Assembly: GCF_009914755.1 (NCBI RefSeq)
Contig: NC_060938.1
From: the human T2T-CHM13v2.0 reference genome, Homo sapiens
Reading direction: 5' to 3' (one strand)
DNA length: 64,000 nucleotides
In this document: positions 27,720-41,879 of the stretch, in pieces
Numbering within the stretch: the stretch's first letter is position 1
Layout of the letters: each line of letters starts with the position of its first letter
Translations under genes and position numbers: made by a program
Notes under the pieces: generated by a model
The model's database searches: none
What the model was told of the DNA's origin: nothing
Seen by the model: the letters and a program-made list of their open reading frames with translations, nothing else

Positions 27720-27895
27720 GGAGGCTGACAGATTGTATTATCCAAAGATGACCAGAGACCTCCCATCCTGTGTGCTCTTCTGCAATGTGATGTTCCACTC
27801 TCTCACCAAGACGTAGAGTTTATTTCTCTATTCCTTGACTCTGAGCAGGCTTTGTGACTACTTGACCAACCATATATGGCAGAAGTGGTTCTGAA
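27720..27895 (+). mobile_element. MLT1G/H-like LTR 5' fragment
   Basis: ccaaagatgacc...gctcttctgcaatgtga...ccttgactctgagcaggctttgtgact...atggcagaagtg. Confidence 0.65.
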
Positions 27896-29689
27896 CATAG
27901 CTAGTGGTCAAGGGATATCTTTTCAACCCTGTGTAAGAGTTAATCTAGGAGAAGTGAAATAAGAATTTCTTAAAACCGTTTGGCTTCCATCATGGGTGTT
28001 TTTATGGCAGACGATATTAATCAGTTGAAGTCTTGAGAGTTATAGATCAAATACTGGTTGGGAAAAGTATGTTAGAGAATTATCTTATTTCATTTGTGTT
28101 TTGGTTTGAACTTTTTTATGACTAGTAGCTTAATGTACTTACTTTGATTTACATTAATGAACTAAGAGGGCACTTCAGCGTACCTGAGAGAGATGATATT
28201 ATCTTATTAAGTGACATTTTTCTCTTAAGCTAAGTACTGTTTTAAAATATTGACTCATGATGGGGGAAAAGTTATACTTAACAGTGTATTAACAGTAAGA
28301 TGAAAGACTTGGAACAGATTAATATGGTTCTGAAGGTTAAAAGTTCTGAGTTCTTATCCTGGTTAAATTCTAAAGAAAAATTGACTTGTAAATGCTGCCC
28401 AGCACAAACACATGCCTTTTCTTTACACTTTCCCATTGCATTATTATGTTACTTCCAAGTGATAAGAAATAAACATGCTTAGATTTCCCGTTATGATGGG
28501 AGTTCATTGTAGGTTTACAGGAGAAGAGGGAAAGTACAAGAAGCTGCTTCAGTAATCAAATCCCAAGCCCTCAAGGAGTTCTTCGTGTCTCCGTAGATTT
28601 TTAGTTGTCCCATTGTAGGCAAATGCCCATTGCTCCCTTTACTAATCACTCTATTGTTCCACTTGTTTCTCTGCTTTTACTTGTGGCTACTTTTTGCTTT
28701 TCTATTTTTACCTCCTGGCTTCTTCTTATTCATGATATGCACTTTCTCATGGCTCTTATTTATTTATTTCTGCAAATCTTTTAAATCCTTCCACTATCTA
28801 ATCCTTCTCTAATTGGTTTGGATAGTCACTATCAATTTAAACATGACCTTTTAAGTTCAGAATACACAAGTGAAGACACCATTTACTCTGCTGGCCAGCT
28901 GGCAACTTCATAGAATTACTTTTTGGAAACTGGAGCACATACATTATATCCATAGTTAGATATATCTCCAGGTTAAACTAAATTGTGGATATAGGAATGG
29001 TGAGAATTTTATGACAGATAAAAAAGAAGCCAATGGGATGGCTAGTGAAAAGTGGGGAATATTGTGCTAGAATATATGTTGGTAAGTCCTTTTTTTTTTC
29101 CAGATTCACCATGTATTATTTTATTTTTTCACCCGATTGAGTATTAGGCAACAGTCTTTCTAGGGACAAAACTGTATATTTTTATATATTTTTTTTCTTG
29201 AAGAAACATATAAACACATTAAAAACAAATAAGTCAAGGTAATCTCTCATACATCCAGGCCTATGTTGATGAATATAGTCCCACATCTTGATTCTCATTT
29301 TGCTGTGCTCTCTGTGTCCTCTTTTAAAAAAAGTCAAAACGGGCGAAGCAAAGGCTAAATGTCTTTCCATTGCTGTTTTTACAGTCTCCTTTCTCTTTTA
29401 TTATTCTCCCTCTTCTCATTCCCCAACTTCCCTTTCCCCGGAATCAAAGTATAAAAAGCATAGGATACTAACGTATCACCACTTAAATGTCCCAATGCCC
29501 TTGAAGACCTGACTGGGAAGCTTATCAAGTACTTTTACAGTTTTATCTCACTTCACCTTTCCTCCTCTCTGAACTTGTAGGTTTTTCAATCATTCATCCT
29601 TAATTCTGCAGTATATTCAGACACGCAATCCTTAATTCAGCTTCTGTCCTTTCACCTTACTCATATGAATCCTCACGGTGAAAGTACAG

Positions 29690-30080
29690 TAATGAGAAAA
29701 TGGTGGTCTGGAAGTGAGAAGATATGGCTCCTAGAGGGCACTTCTAATGTCGTGGATAAGGCCTTTAAATAAACCCATCTAATTATTATGCTGTCTATTT
29801 CTCTCTCTGATTATAAGAATAATAACAACTACCATTCATATGATGCTTAAAGGATGTTTAAAGTGTTTAGCCAGTATTTCATTTGATTCTTTAGGACACT
29901 GAAATAGGCAGGATGGATATCATGCTCCCCTATCCACCCTATTCCTTTGATATGAATGAGGAAAGTAAGGCTTAAACAGTTTAAATAATGTGTAAAAAGT
30001 CTCAGGACTAACAACTAAAAAAGTAGGGACCAGAATTCTGATATTATTTCTGGTCCAGACCTCTTTCTATTATACCTTGA
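29690..30080. mobile_element. Adjacent MIR fragments (+ then -)
   Basis: ggtctggaagtgagaaga...; aataacaactaccatt...atgaggaaagtaaggcttaaacagtttaaataa. Confidence 0.55.
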
Positions 30081-30166
30081 TGACTGTTGAGATTAAATCT
30101 GAGAATTTGCAAAATATTACAGGAGCTCTTCTTCTTTCTCTTCAGAACCTAGGTTGTATTATCAAG

Positions 30167-30565
30167 TGCTATGACTAGGATCTGTGTCCGCACCCAAATT
30201 TCATGGTGAAAGGTAATCCCCAATGTTGGAGTTGGGAGCCTGGTGAGAGGCAATTGGATCATGAGGGTGGATTTCTCATGAATGGTTTAGTACCATCCCC
30301 TTGGTGCTGTCCTGGAAATAGTGAGTGAGGAGGGATCTTGTCCTTTAAAAGTGTGTGGTGCCTCTCCCATCTCTCTCTCTTTTGCTTCTGCTTTTGCCAT
30401 GTGATGTGCCTGCTCCCTCTTTGCATTCCGCCATGATTGTAAGCTTCCAGAGGCCTCTCCAGAAGCAGATGCCAGTGTTATGCTTTCTGTACAGCTTATA
30501 GAACCATGAACCAATTAAATCTCTTTTCTTATAAATTACCCAGTCTCAGAGAACAGACTAATACA
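30167..30565 (+). mobile_element. MaLR solo LTR (MSTB-like)
   Basis: tgctatg...catgaatggtttagtaccatcccc...gaagcagatgccag...gactaataca; TSD tcaag / tcaaa. Confidence 0.9.
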
Positions 30566-30799
30566 TCAAAGATAGATAAAACAGAACTTGAGATCTTTCA
30601 GCTTCTCTTCACTGGTCAAAAGGGAAAGAGGTTGGATAAGCAAGTATGGGGAGGGGGTGGTATCTATTGAGGATGGGAGACCAGGTCTTCCAAACTTCAA
30701 ATACTTGCTATTTGTGTGGGTTTATATGCATGTTGTGGGAGAAGGGGCCATAATGATAGATGATCACATCATACAAACAAGGATAATTTTGATTGTCAG

Positions 30800-30885
30800 A
30801 GGGGATGCTAACCAGTCATAAGACTGAGAAACAACAGATATAACTTGGGATAGTCCTTGGCAAATTGGAACATATGGTCATTCTA
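30800..30885. mobile_element. hAT-Blackjack MITE relic (MER81/MER94-like)
   Basis: gggatagtccttggcaaattggaacatatggtcattcta resembles a Blackjack terminal inverted repeat. Confidence 0.55.
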
Positions 30886-31360
30886 GGGAGTAGAAAGTAG
30901 GGTCCAGCAAGAAAGCCCTGTTGGTTTGTAAGGGTTGGTAAGCCTTAGGCTAGTAATTAGCATTTGACTTTGCCTTTCCTCCCAAGCTCCCACATCTATC
31001 TTCTGGAAGTGAGATTTCATATGTAGCCATATATAGCAATTGATTATTGCTCAGTTCATACCTTCCCCTTCTCTTCTCTCAAATAGGTTGTGAAACAACT
31101 TTTTGTTCCAGCAGAGTGATCCTTTATTTTTATAGTATAATACGATGACATTAATTTGTTGCTTTTGCAGTTGATACAAGGCCTACTTTTATTGATTACA
31201 CAATTTTCTTGTACTGTTTGCAAATTTATTATAGTTTCTGAATATCTAAAGACCTCAATGTCTCTTCCTAATATATTTCCAAAGAAATAAAACCTCAGTT
31301 TTTTCAAAATTCCATTTTTAACATTGTGGGTTTCTGCGGCCTTGAAGTTGAGAAACTAGT

Positions 31361-31747
31361 TGTTATGGGCTGAAATGTGTCTCCCCAGTTTATACGTTGA
31401 AATTCTAACTCCTAGTATCTCAGGATGTGATTGTATTGGAGATAAGGTTTTTAGAGATGTGATTGCATTAAAATGAGATCTTTAGGGGGGACCTAATCCA
31501 ATCTGACTGTTGTCTTCACAAAAAGAAGAAAATTAGACACTCAGGGAAACACCAAAACCCTGTGCAGGAACAGAGGAAAGAATGTGTGAGGACACAGGGA
31601 GAGAGTGTCCATCTGGAAGCCAAGGAGAGGGGCATCAGAATAATACCTTGATCTTACACTTCTCCAGAACTGTAACCAAATAAATTTCTGTTCCTTAAGC
31701 CACCCATCTGTGGTAATTTTTGTGACAGCTCTAGCAAAACGAATACA
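31361..31747 (+). mobile_element. MaLR solo LTR (MLT1B-like)
   Basis: tgttatgggctgaaatgtgtc...cctaatccaatctgactg...gccaaggagagg...aataaatttctgtt...aataca. Confidence 0.88.
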
Positions 31748-32276
31748 TTAATTTTCACATATTACTTTGTTACCAATTTGTGAACTTTTTCTTCCTTTTT
31801 GTAAATCCACGAAGTCCTCCCTAGCCTAGTTGTTACTGGAGCAATACTTGCTATTCCCTCAATGTTTATCCTCATGATACTATTAAAGTGTACTCAGCAG
31901 AAGTAAAGCATTTTACAAATTTATATATTAAACAAATAGCCCTTGAATTATGTCTCAGGTGCCTTTCAAGCACTATGGTGGATTTCAGGATGTAATATGA
32001 TTTTTAAATTGTTAAGATAACAATATCTAAAGATTAGGTATATATAAATATTACCACTTTTTTGATACCTGTTACTTAACAAATGAGAGTAATTTCTTCA
32101 TGATGCTAACTTTTAAGAGGGGGAAAAACCCTGTGTTTAAAGCTATATTTACTTTAAAGTTAAAATTTTATAAGTATTCAGAAATGCATCTTTTTAAATA
32201 TAGAAATTACTAAGTTCATTTAATGACTAATATAAAAATTAGTCTTTAGATATGTTGTTTTATATTTTAAAAAGTC

Positions 32277-32587
<311 letters not shown>

Positions 32588-34521
32588 TCAAAGCCCTCTG
32601 TTTTAGGCACTTTCTGATGGTAAGTGCTTCCCAAATTTAGGTTGAAAATATGAGCATCTAACTGTCCATTGACATCGTTATAATATCAAAATCTTGATGA
32701 GGCTATCAATGCCTTGGTGAAAATTGATATAGTGAGGACACTCCCCCGCCAATCCTCCATTTAGCTCATGATGACAAAATGAGCCTTAAGTTTGTAAGTT
32801 TGGCACTTTCAGGGATACAATGACTGTATATTGTACTCCTCTGTTGTGTTCCGCAAAAAGTAAAGTGTGAACTAATCCTCTGGTAGTCTAGTAGCACTTT
32901 AGTAGCTACTGGATAAAATGACTTTCTAAGTTAATGTACTTTCTTATTAACAAATGTCAGAAATTAAGATATGGAGAGAGCTCGAGGTTGGAATTTTCCT
33001 CTCATAGGAACACATCTCTTAGCTCTTATGGGTTTAACAAACTTTTAATATTTTAATGAAGGCTTTTTATGTGCGTATACTACTTAATATTTCAAATTAA
33101 GGTCTGTTCTTTTCCTGACATGCACATGCCACTCCATTATGAACCATCAAGAAGAGTGTGGTAGAAAAGCCTCTATCTGTATGGAACAGCACATGCCTTA
33201 AGCACAGAAGGTCAACAATTGCGCTTTGACTAAGCCAGGGCTACTTAATGAGAACTTCAATGCTTCAGCAAAAGTGTTTTATATTTTAGTCAAAGCACCA
33301 GAGTTGGATAATGATAAGTTTCAATATGTTCCCATTCAAAAATAATTTCATAGTTATTTTAATGTCATTCTCCGCTTTTAAAAGAACAACACATGCAATC
33401 TGTGGTGTGAGGGTTACCTCAGGATTTTCAGAAAAGCAGATTTTAAACTTTAATGGGTAGTGTAACTTGGTTAACTGTCACAATCTGTTTCCATTCAGAT
33501 GCTAATGACCTAAATTCACTGGTTTCGTTCCTTTCACTAAGGGTCAGTGGTCTACCACTAGGAAAGAGAGATTTTAAAATCTGAAGAAAAAAAAAGAAAT
33601 CTTTAGCTATGTAATAACAATAATTAAATGAACAAATAACTAGGAATACTTGTTTAAGAAAGAAAAAAATGTCCTAGCAAACTAGAGTAATTTCTTCACT
33701 GCACTAACTTTTAAGAGGGGAAAAGAAGCACCTTTATTTAAAGCAAAATCTATTTTAAAGTAGAATTTTTAGAAGTATTCAGAAATGCATCTTCTTTAAT
33801 ATAAAAATTAATATAGGAATTAATGACGATATAATGCCATTTCTAGTGATGAACAAATGAATGCATTGGGACAAAATACTGCTTGAGTAAATCTGATCCT
33901 TAGGAAACTTCCCAAGCATTTTTATTTGCCTTCCAGAGGAAATAACTAGAAATACTTCTGGCCCAACATTACAGACACTAATGGCATTAGTATGGTCCTG
34001 AGAGAACTGCTTCTCTGAATTATTGTGAAGAAGGAAAGTACCTGGATGGTTCATCAAAAATCACACATCTTATTTAAGGAATAATTAGGGAAGAGATGTA
34101 GAGGTATACTGCTCCCGTTAAGAAAATGTTGAATTGACAGTCTCTTGACTAGAGTTAATGTCAGAGCAAACTGATGAGAATGACAACCTAATGATATATT
34201 TGAGAGATTCTAAGCTAAATATTTGAAAATTAAATTATGCATCCATGAGTGCTACCACTGGTGCTTTATTCTCTAAATTAAGGCACATCTCATGAGTCCT
34301 GCAAAGATCCAAAGTGAAAAGAATCCAGGAGACTATATAGCACATACTCCTGATTTAATAATGAGGAAGCTGGAGGCTCAGAGGCTTATATTGGGTTATC
34401 ACCTATTAACACCTTACTGTAAAGTTTATCACATCCTTTACACATGATAACTGGCTGTCAATGTTTTGTTAATGAAGACGTTGTTCAGGAATCAAAAGCA
34501 ACAACTAAAGCTTTGAAATGT

Positions 34522-34997
34522 GGGCCAGTTATCTATTTCTGTGTAACAAACTACTGCACAAGTCAGGTCTCCAAAGCTATAATCATTTTATTATGCTCAT
34601 GGTATGACTCAATTACTGGAGGCAATTTGAAGGGGTGAAGGCTGAAACAGTTTGGGCTGGAGGACACCCTTTAAAAATGATCTCTTTATTCACATCTCTA
34701 GCAGGTAGAGTGGATGGCAAAAGAATGGACATAGTTAGGAATGTTGATGGGGGAATCTACATGACTCCACCCCAAGTCAGCAGTTTTACACTGTTGTTTA
34801 GGGCTCCAAGAGCAAGTGTACCAGTAAGGAAGGTGAAAGCCTGGATAGATATTTTTATGACCTAGTTGTGGAAGCCACATAGTATATTCTAGCGGTAAAA
34901 GCAGTTATAAACTTGCCCAGATTAAAGGAGAGGTGCTGTGGACCTCATATCACAATGGGAAGAGTGTCAAAGCATTTGTGTTTTTAAATTCTGTCAG
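34522..34997 (-). mobile_element. MaLR LTR (MLT1H-like)
   Basis: cagttatctatttctgtgtaacaaacta...ttttatgacctag...gcccagattaaaggagagg...atgggaagagtgtcaaag. Confidence 0.72.
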
Positions 34998-36149
34998 TGT
35001 GGGATAGACTGGAGAAAGACAACAGTGGTCCAGGTGAAAGCCCGATGAGCAGTGACATTCATCGTATGCTTTCTCAGCTAGTATCTCTGGTTGTTATTTT
35101 TCATTTAGAAGTAAGTGAAAAGGAAAAAGAATATCAAAAAGACAAAATCTGTTTCTTAAAATTCTGTTGTCATTTTTGTTAAATAATGTCGTGGGGTATT
35201 TTTTCCCCAGCTTTTTTTGTAGAAAGCCGGGATCTAGTGTCTTCTTGACAACCAGCGGTAATAACAAGAAGATGAACATTTCGGGGAGAAAAAAAGGAGA
35301 ATATTTAGATCATAGTGATTAAAAAAATTATAACTCAGGATATCTTGCCTAAAGATTTTACATTGCTATAAGCGAAAACTGGGCAAAATACTTTTTCTTT
35401 GTTGAGCTTGAAACTTTCTTTTCACCTTGCCTTTCCATTTCTTTTCCACTATAAACACAAGGTTATAAATCTTATAGTAAGGCAAAATAAATTGGCATAG
35501 CTATTTAAAGAGAATGAGTGATGAATGGGACAAAGGAATTGATTTAATTAGAATGAATCCTTCAACCTAGTCAAGATTCCTTTTATTGCTTGAATGAGTT
35601 TGGATGTCCATTGGCAGTCTGCTGAACTAGGCAGGTTTTTTCGAAGTAGGAGATTTAGGCCTATAGTGAGGGCCATTTAAATGGTTAGGAAAAGACTTGA
35701 ATAAAATTTGGCGGGTTAAATTTTTATGGCTGTCATTATAGCTAGGCCCAAGCCCCTAAAACTGAAATGGGTCAAGTGTTATTTGAGGGAGAGTTAAACT
35801 AGGAAGCTATGGATAGCCATCTTTTGTTATATAAATATGAAGAAGCAGTAAAATACTATATGGAGATGGATTAGAGATCGAAGGGAAGGGGTGGAGAGAC
35901 AGACATAAATGAAAAAAAAAAAATGTGCAGACAACCAGAGATGAAATATCTGGCTCCACAAAGATGTAGAAGGAGACCCTGTCTCACTTCCCAACATCAT
36001 TCCAGTTTCCTGGTTTTAGTTGCTTATTAAATATGGAAAGTATATAGAAAAATTTTATTTCATTTCAGTGAAATAGTTATGTACCCAAAATTAATTTACA
36101 CCATTTAAAAACAGTTAATTTGTTTGAATTTGTATTTTTTTTGTACCAA

Positions 36150-37375
36150 AATTGTACTATGACTTACCTCTCATGTGCAAAGCAAGATACTGAATACTGT
36201 GGATGCAGATGTGGTTAACAAAAATGAATCAGACACTGATAGTCTCCTCATGGAGTCCAAAAACTGAGAAAGGAAATAAGCTGTACACAAATAACAGTAC
36301 TGCAGTGTGTATTGCATAAAATCACTTAAAAAAAGGAAAATTCAGTTAACACCAAGGTTGGAATTTGAAATACATTTGTGATCAAAATGCATCAAAATAC
36401 CTGTTCTTGTAGATCTTATATTCTAGTAGAGAGAGACGCAAAAAATACACAAAAGTAAATTATATAGCATATTAGAAGGCCATTAATACCATGGTTAATG
36501 AATAAAACAGATACAGCTGATCAACAGTATAGGATAGAAAAAGATACATTTTTAAATAGATGGTCAGAATAGACCTCACAGAGAAGGTGGCATTTATGAA
36601 AATACTAGAGGTGAGGAAATTAGCTATGAGGATATTTTGAAGGACATTCCAGGCAGACAAACTAGTCACTGGAAATGCCCATAATGGAAGTTAGCTTGGT
36701 GTATGGGAGGAATATCAAGGAGACAAGTGCAGCTTGAGTAGAGTGAATCAGACAGAAAGGGAAAACCACAAGGTGAAAGAGGCAATGGGAATGACAGATC
36801 ACGTAGGCCTTTGCAGACTATTGGCTGCTGTATGACGAATGGTAAGAATAGAATCTTGGCAAGTAGCTAGAAGGATGTTGCAAAAACCCACACAAGTGGA
36901 TAATGGTGGACAAAACCAAGTGATAGTAGGGGAATTTCTGAGAAGCAGTTTGATTCTGGATAAAGTTTGAAGATAGAGTCAAAAAGATTTCCTGGGGGAT
37001 TGGACAGGGTTTGTGAGGGAAAGAAAGGCAGATAAAATGTTACTGCAAGTTTTTGGCCTGAGTAACTGCAAGGATGATATTATCACTTGAGAGAGGAAAG
37101 AGTATTTGTGGATGGAAGATCAGGAGTTCAGTTTTGGACAGGTTATGTTTGAAAGGTATATTAAACATTCTGGAGGAGATATCAAGTATGCAGTTGGTAC
37201 CATAGGTCTGGAACAAAGAAGAGAAGACTGGGTAGCATAAATCAACTTTATGAGACATTGCAAATAGATGTTTAAGGCCATTAGGTTGGATGAACTCACC
37301 AAAGAAGTGAGTGCAGATAAAGAAGAGGATTTATCAGGGATTCAACACTAGGGTTTCCAACATTAGGAGGTTGAT
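36150..37375 (-). mobile_element. L2 (L2a-like), long fragmented copy
   Basis: gacattccaggcaga..., tttgattctggataaagtttgaag, gttttggcctgagtaactg, aggagttcagttttggacaggtt, tttaaggccattaggttggatga. Confidence 0.85.
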
Positions 37376-37827
37376 TCAAAGAGAGAATGCTGCATGTGCA
37401 GAGTATAGAAAAATTCTTTTATGTAAAGTAAGATTGTTTTGAATAGGGAACAGTTCATGTTATTTCATGGAAGAAATAACATTTTAATTAAGTCCTAAGA
37501 GTAGGAAGGATTTTGAGTGAGTAAAATTTGGGGATTGAGAGTTATGTCATAGAAAAAAGGAATAGAATGAGCCATATATGAATGAGGACAACAAGTATGT
37601 CACCCTGACTAGTTAATAGTATGCATCAAGGTTTTGCAGTAGGTTATATAATTTATATAAAGTAGACTATGCTGAAACCAGTTGAGAAAAATGAAAGGCC
37701 TTTGCACACAGAATGATAAGGTGGGATGGTGCTTTAGAAAGACTAATCTAGCAAGCAGCATGGTATGGGTTAGTTTAAAAGGGGTTGAGTTTTGTTTACA
37801 AAAAGTGGTTTAAAGAATAAATAAAAT

Positions 37828-38338
37828 TGTTAGAGTAGGTAGCTAGTCAGGTATGAGCAGGGCAGGAGAGGGCTCCCCACCAACACACACCAGGAGTGTT
37901 GACCATCACGTGATGGTCAGGCAGTTGTTAACTGTTTCTCTGAAGTAATAATTGATTGTAGCCAGCACCAGGGAAAGGCAGTCTCCTGATAGACAGAAAA
38001 CACCTGAAACTGATCAGCAGCTTCCCAATAAGGTCTCAGGAGTCGGGAGAAGTAAGGCAAGGTCCCAGAAGCAGGCCAACGTATAAAACCCCAAGTCACT
38101 TGGTTTCTCAAGTTGCCCGCTTGGCCCTCTTCCAGGTTGTACTTTCCTTCTTTTCTTTCCTTTCCTTACTATTCTAAAACTTTTTAATATACTTTCACTT
38201 CTGCTCTGAAACTTGCCTCAGTCTTTTTTTCTGCTTTATGCCACTCAGTCGAATTCTTTCTTCTGAGGAGGCAAGAATTGAAGTTGCTGTGGACCTGCCG
38301 GTAACTCCGGGTAACTCTGATCTCTGCCAATGCTAACA
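37828..38338 (+). mobile_element. ERV1 solo LTR (MER50-like)
   Basis: TG...CA ends (tgttagagtagg...gctaaca), perfect 4-bp TSD aaat, TATA-like gtataaaa at about 38081, gaattctttcttctgaggaggcaagaattga in U5. Confidence 0.85.
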
Positions 38339-38628
38339 AAATGATATATAAGAAAATGTATCAATTAGCAAGAAAAGCAGCCTTGAAAGTCAATACAGGA
38401 GGCACAGTTTACCTCTGCTACTCATCCTGGACAATTGCAGGCTGTGGTCTACTTTGCCTCATTATTGAATATTAATAGTAGGATAAGGTGTTCTATTAAT
38501 ACATGGTTTACAAAGATAGCATTAATTGATAATGTCTGAATCCACGGTTTTGGTCAGAATCATAGATATTAGGTAGATACATACATACATACATGTATAC
38601 ATAGAGAAAGAAGAAAGAGAAAGAAGGA

Positions 38629-39050
38629 GGCCACTGGGTGCTCATATATTTGGTCAAACATTATTCTGGGTGTGTCTGTGAGGATGTTTCTGGATGCGAT
38701 TAACATTGGAATAGGTGGACTGAGTAAAGCAGATTGCACTCCCTAATGTCAGTCAGCATTATCTAATCAGTTGAAGGTGTGACTAGAACAAATTGTTGGC
38801 CCTTCTATGATTAAGGGGGAACTCCTTCTAACAGCCTTTGAGCTGGGACCTCAGTTTTGTTTAGGTCTTGAACCTGGGACTACACCATTGGCTCTCCTGG
38901 ATCTCCAGCTTGCTGATTGCAGATCTTGGGACTTGTCAACCTTCATAACTGCATCAGCAAATTCCTTATAATTAAGTCGTATATCTATACATCTATACAT
39001 CTATATATTTTCTATTGGTTCTGTCTCTCTGGAGAAACCTGACTAGTATA
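38629..39050 (+). mobile_element. ERVL LTR (MLT2C/D-like), 5'-truncated
   Basis: tttggtcaaacattattctgggtgtgtctgtgagg...gtaaagcagattgc...tattggttctgtctctctggagaa. Confidence 0.85.
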
Positions 39051-39499
39051 CTCACTAAAAAATTGGAGAAATTATCAAATAGGTGTGATCAAAGGAAAAG
39101 TTATTCTAGTAGAGTGTGGCCTTGTACTAGGTGATAATTTCTTAATGCCATTGCTGGAATGGTAACTTTCATACTAGCAGGTGAAGACTACCAGTCTTTC
39201 ACTTTGTAATTGCACTAGCTTGCACCTGAAGTACAGGCTCTGTTCTATAGCTGTAGCTATTGCTTTAACTTGCGTTCTACTGTGTTATGCTGTGTAATGC
39301 TGAAACTGAAAAAGTGTTTTTCTCATTCAGTGTGTGGCCTATATGATTCCTGCTATTAACAGGAAATCAGTTTCTCTCTAGGCCCTGTGGCATTTATCAT
39401 TTTGGACCCTATCTCTCTCCTATCTATATTGGACTATGGTGGCACACAGAGTGTTGTAGGTAATCTTTACGTTACTTATTTTTTGTGTACTCCCTCAGT

Positions 39500-39642
39500 A
39501 CCCCTAGAGTATAAGGATAATTCGTTTAAGCAGGTTGTCTGTTTTGCTTAGTAGTATATTCCCAGTGCCTAAAACAGTGCCTGACACATAGGAAGTACTC
39601 AACAAATATTTGATGATTAAATGGCTGAATGAAAGACTGAAT
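39500..39642 (+). mobile_element. L2 3' end
   Basis: cccagtgcctaaaacagtgcctgacacataggaagtactcaacaaatatttg...gaatgaa. Confidence 0.8.
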
Positions 39643-39785
39643 GTGGGGGGATAAGGCTTTCAAGTTAGATGCAGCATGTTGAAAGCTTTTATACTATGAA
39701 GCTATTTTTAACCCTAAACTACTCCTAGTTTTGTATGATTAAGTATTGCTCCTAGAGAGGACAATCATAGTTCCATTTTAAAGTT

Positions 39786-39941
39786 CTTTTTTTTTTCTTT
39801 TTAGAGATGAGGGTCTCATCCTTTTGCCCAGGCTGGAGTACAGTGGTGTGTATGTAGCACACTGCAGCCTTCAACTCCTGATCCTCCAACCTCAGCCTCC
39901 ACAGTTGCTGGGATTACAAGTGTGAGTCACCATGCCCAGCC
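39786..39941 (-). mobile_element. Alu monomer (FRAM/FAM-like)
   Basis: Single reverse monomer ending gagtcaccatgcccagcc. Confidence 0.8.
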
Positions 39942-40273
39942 CATTTAAATGTTTTTGTATCATCTTTAAGATATTGTAAATTAAGAGAAGATTAACCTGT
40001 TTAGGTTATGTGTTCAAAAGGAAAAAGCCAGGATCAAGAAGAGACTTGAAAAGGTTTTACAGAGAATACTCTAATACAGTGAACTATTTATACCAATGTT
40101 GACAAAACCTAATATAGTATAATGGGAAGGAGATAATGATGGCAGTAACAGTGAAATGGGGGTACATGGTGTAGATGTTAAATACTGCAGTGGGAAAATC
40201 AATATGGCCTCCCAACTGACTATTTTGATGGAGGCAAGGTCTATGAAGTTCAAAAAAAAAAAGAAGAAGAAAA

Positions 40274-40595
<322 letters not shown>

Positions 40596-40776
40596 TTAAG
40601 TTGAAAGCTTGGATGAGTAGAGAAAACGCCCAAGCCATTAACTGAAGTAGGGAATTAAACCGGATAATTCATTTTAACTAGGAATTTGGGAAATTCAACT
40701 TTATGAATATGGCCTTTGAGATTCTGTTATGGTCTCAAAATAGATTAAACAAATAAGTAATTTGAAATGAGAATGA

Positions 40777-41124
<348 letters not shown>

Positions 41125-41374
41125 GATAAATAATATTTAAAGCCACTAAATATTTAATATTTAGTGAGAGAGAGCTCGAGAAGAACAATAACGAAAAAGG
41201 AGGAGATAAGGGAATGGGGTGAAGACACATATATTGAGGAAAAGAAGCCAAGAGAAAAGACAGAGAAAAAATGGCTGTAGAAGTCAGAGGAAAACAGAAA
41301 GGGACAGGGTCAGGCAATCATAATTGGAAGGAGAATCTTCCATAATAGCTCTCAGGTCATAGAGGAGAAAAATT

Positions 41375-41556
41375 TTTAAAAATTTTAAAAAGTATATAAA
41401 AAAGTATACAAAAGTATATTTTTAAAGTATATAAAAAGTATATAAAAATATGTATAATATATAATATAATATAGAATATAGAATAATATATTTATATATA
41501 ATTATAATATATATTTTTATATAATTATATATAAAATTTAAAAAGATATATATATT
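41375..41556. repeat. AT-rich low-complexity tract
   Basis: Repeated aaaagtata units followed by tataat-rich sequence. Confidence 0.85.
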
Positions 41557-41580
41557 TGAGTTGATGACTATGTTATTGTT

Positions 41581-41879
41581 TGTTTGTTTTTTTTGAGACG
41601 GAGTCCCGCTCTGTCGCCCAGGCTGGAGTTCAGTGGCACGATCTCGGCTCACGGCAACCTCCGCCTCCCGGGTTCACGTCATTCTCCTGCCTCAGCCTCT
41701 CCGAGTAGCTGGGTCTACAGGTGCCCGCCACCACGCCTGGCTAATTTTTTTTTGTATTTTTAGTAGAGACGGAGTTTCACCATGTTAGCCAGGATGGTCT
41801 CGATCTCCTGATCTTGTGATCCGCCCGCCTCGGCCTCCCAAAGTGCTGGGATTACAAACGTGAGCCACCGCGCCCGGCC
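41581..41879 (-). mobile_element. AluY-like
   Basis: CpG-rich; gttagccaggatggtctcgatctcctg; perfect 15-bp TSD gactatgttattgtt (41566-41580 / 41880-41894). Confidence 0.93.
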
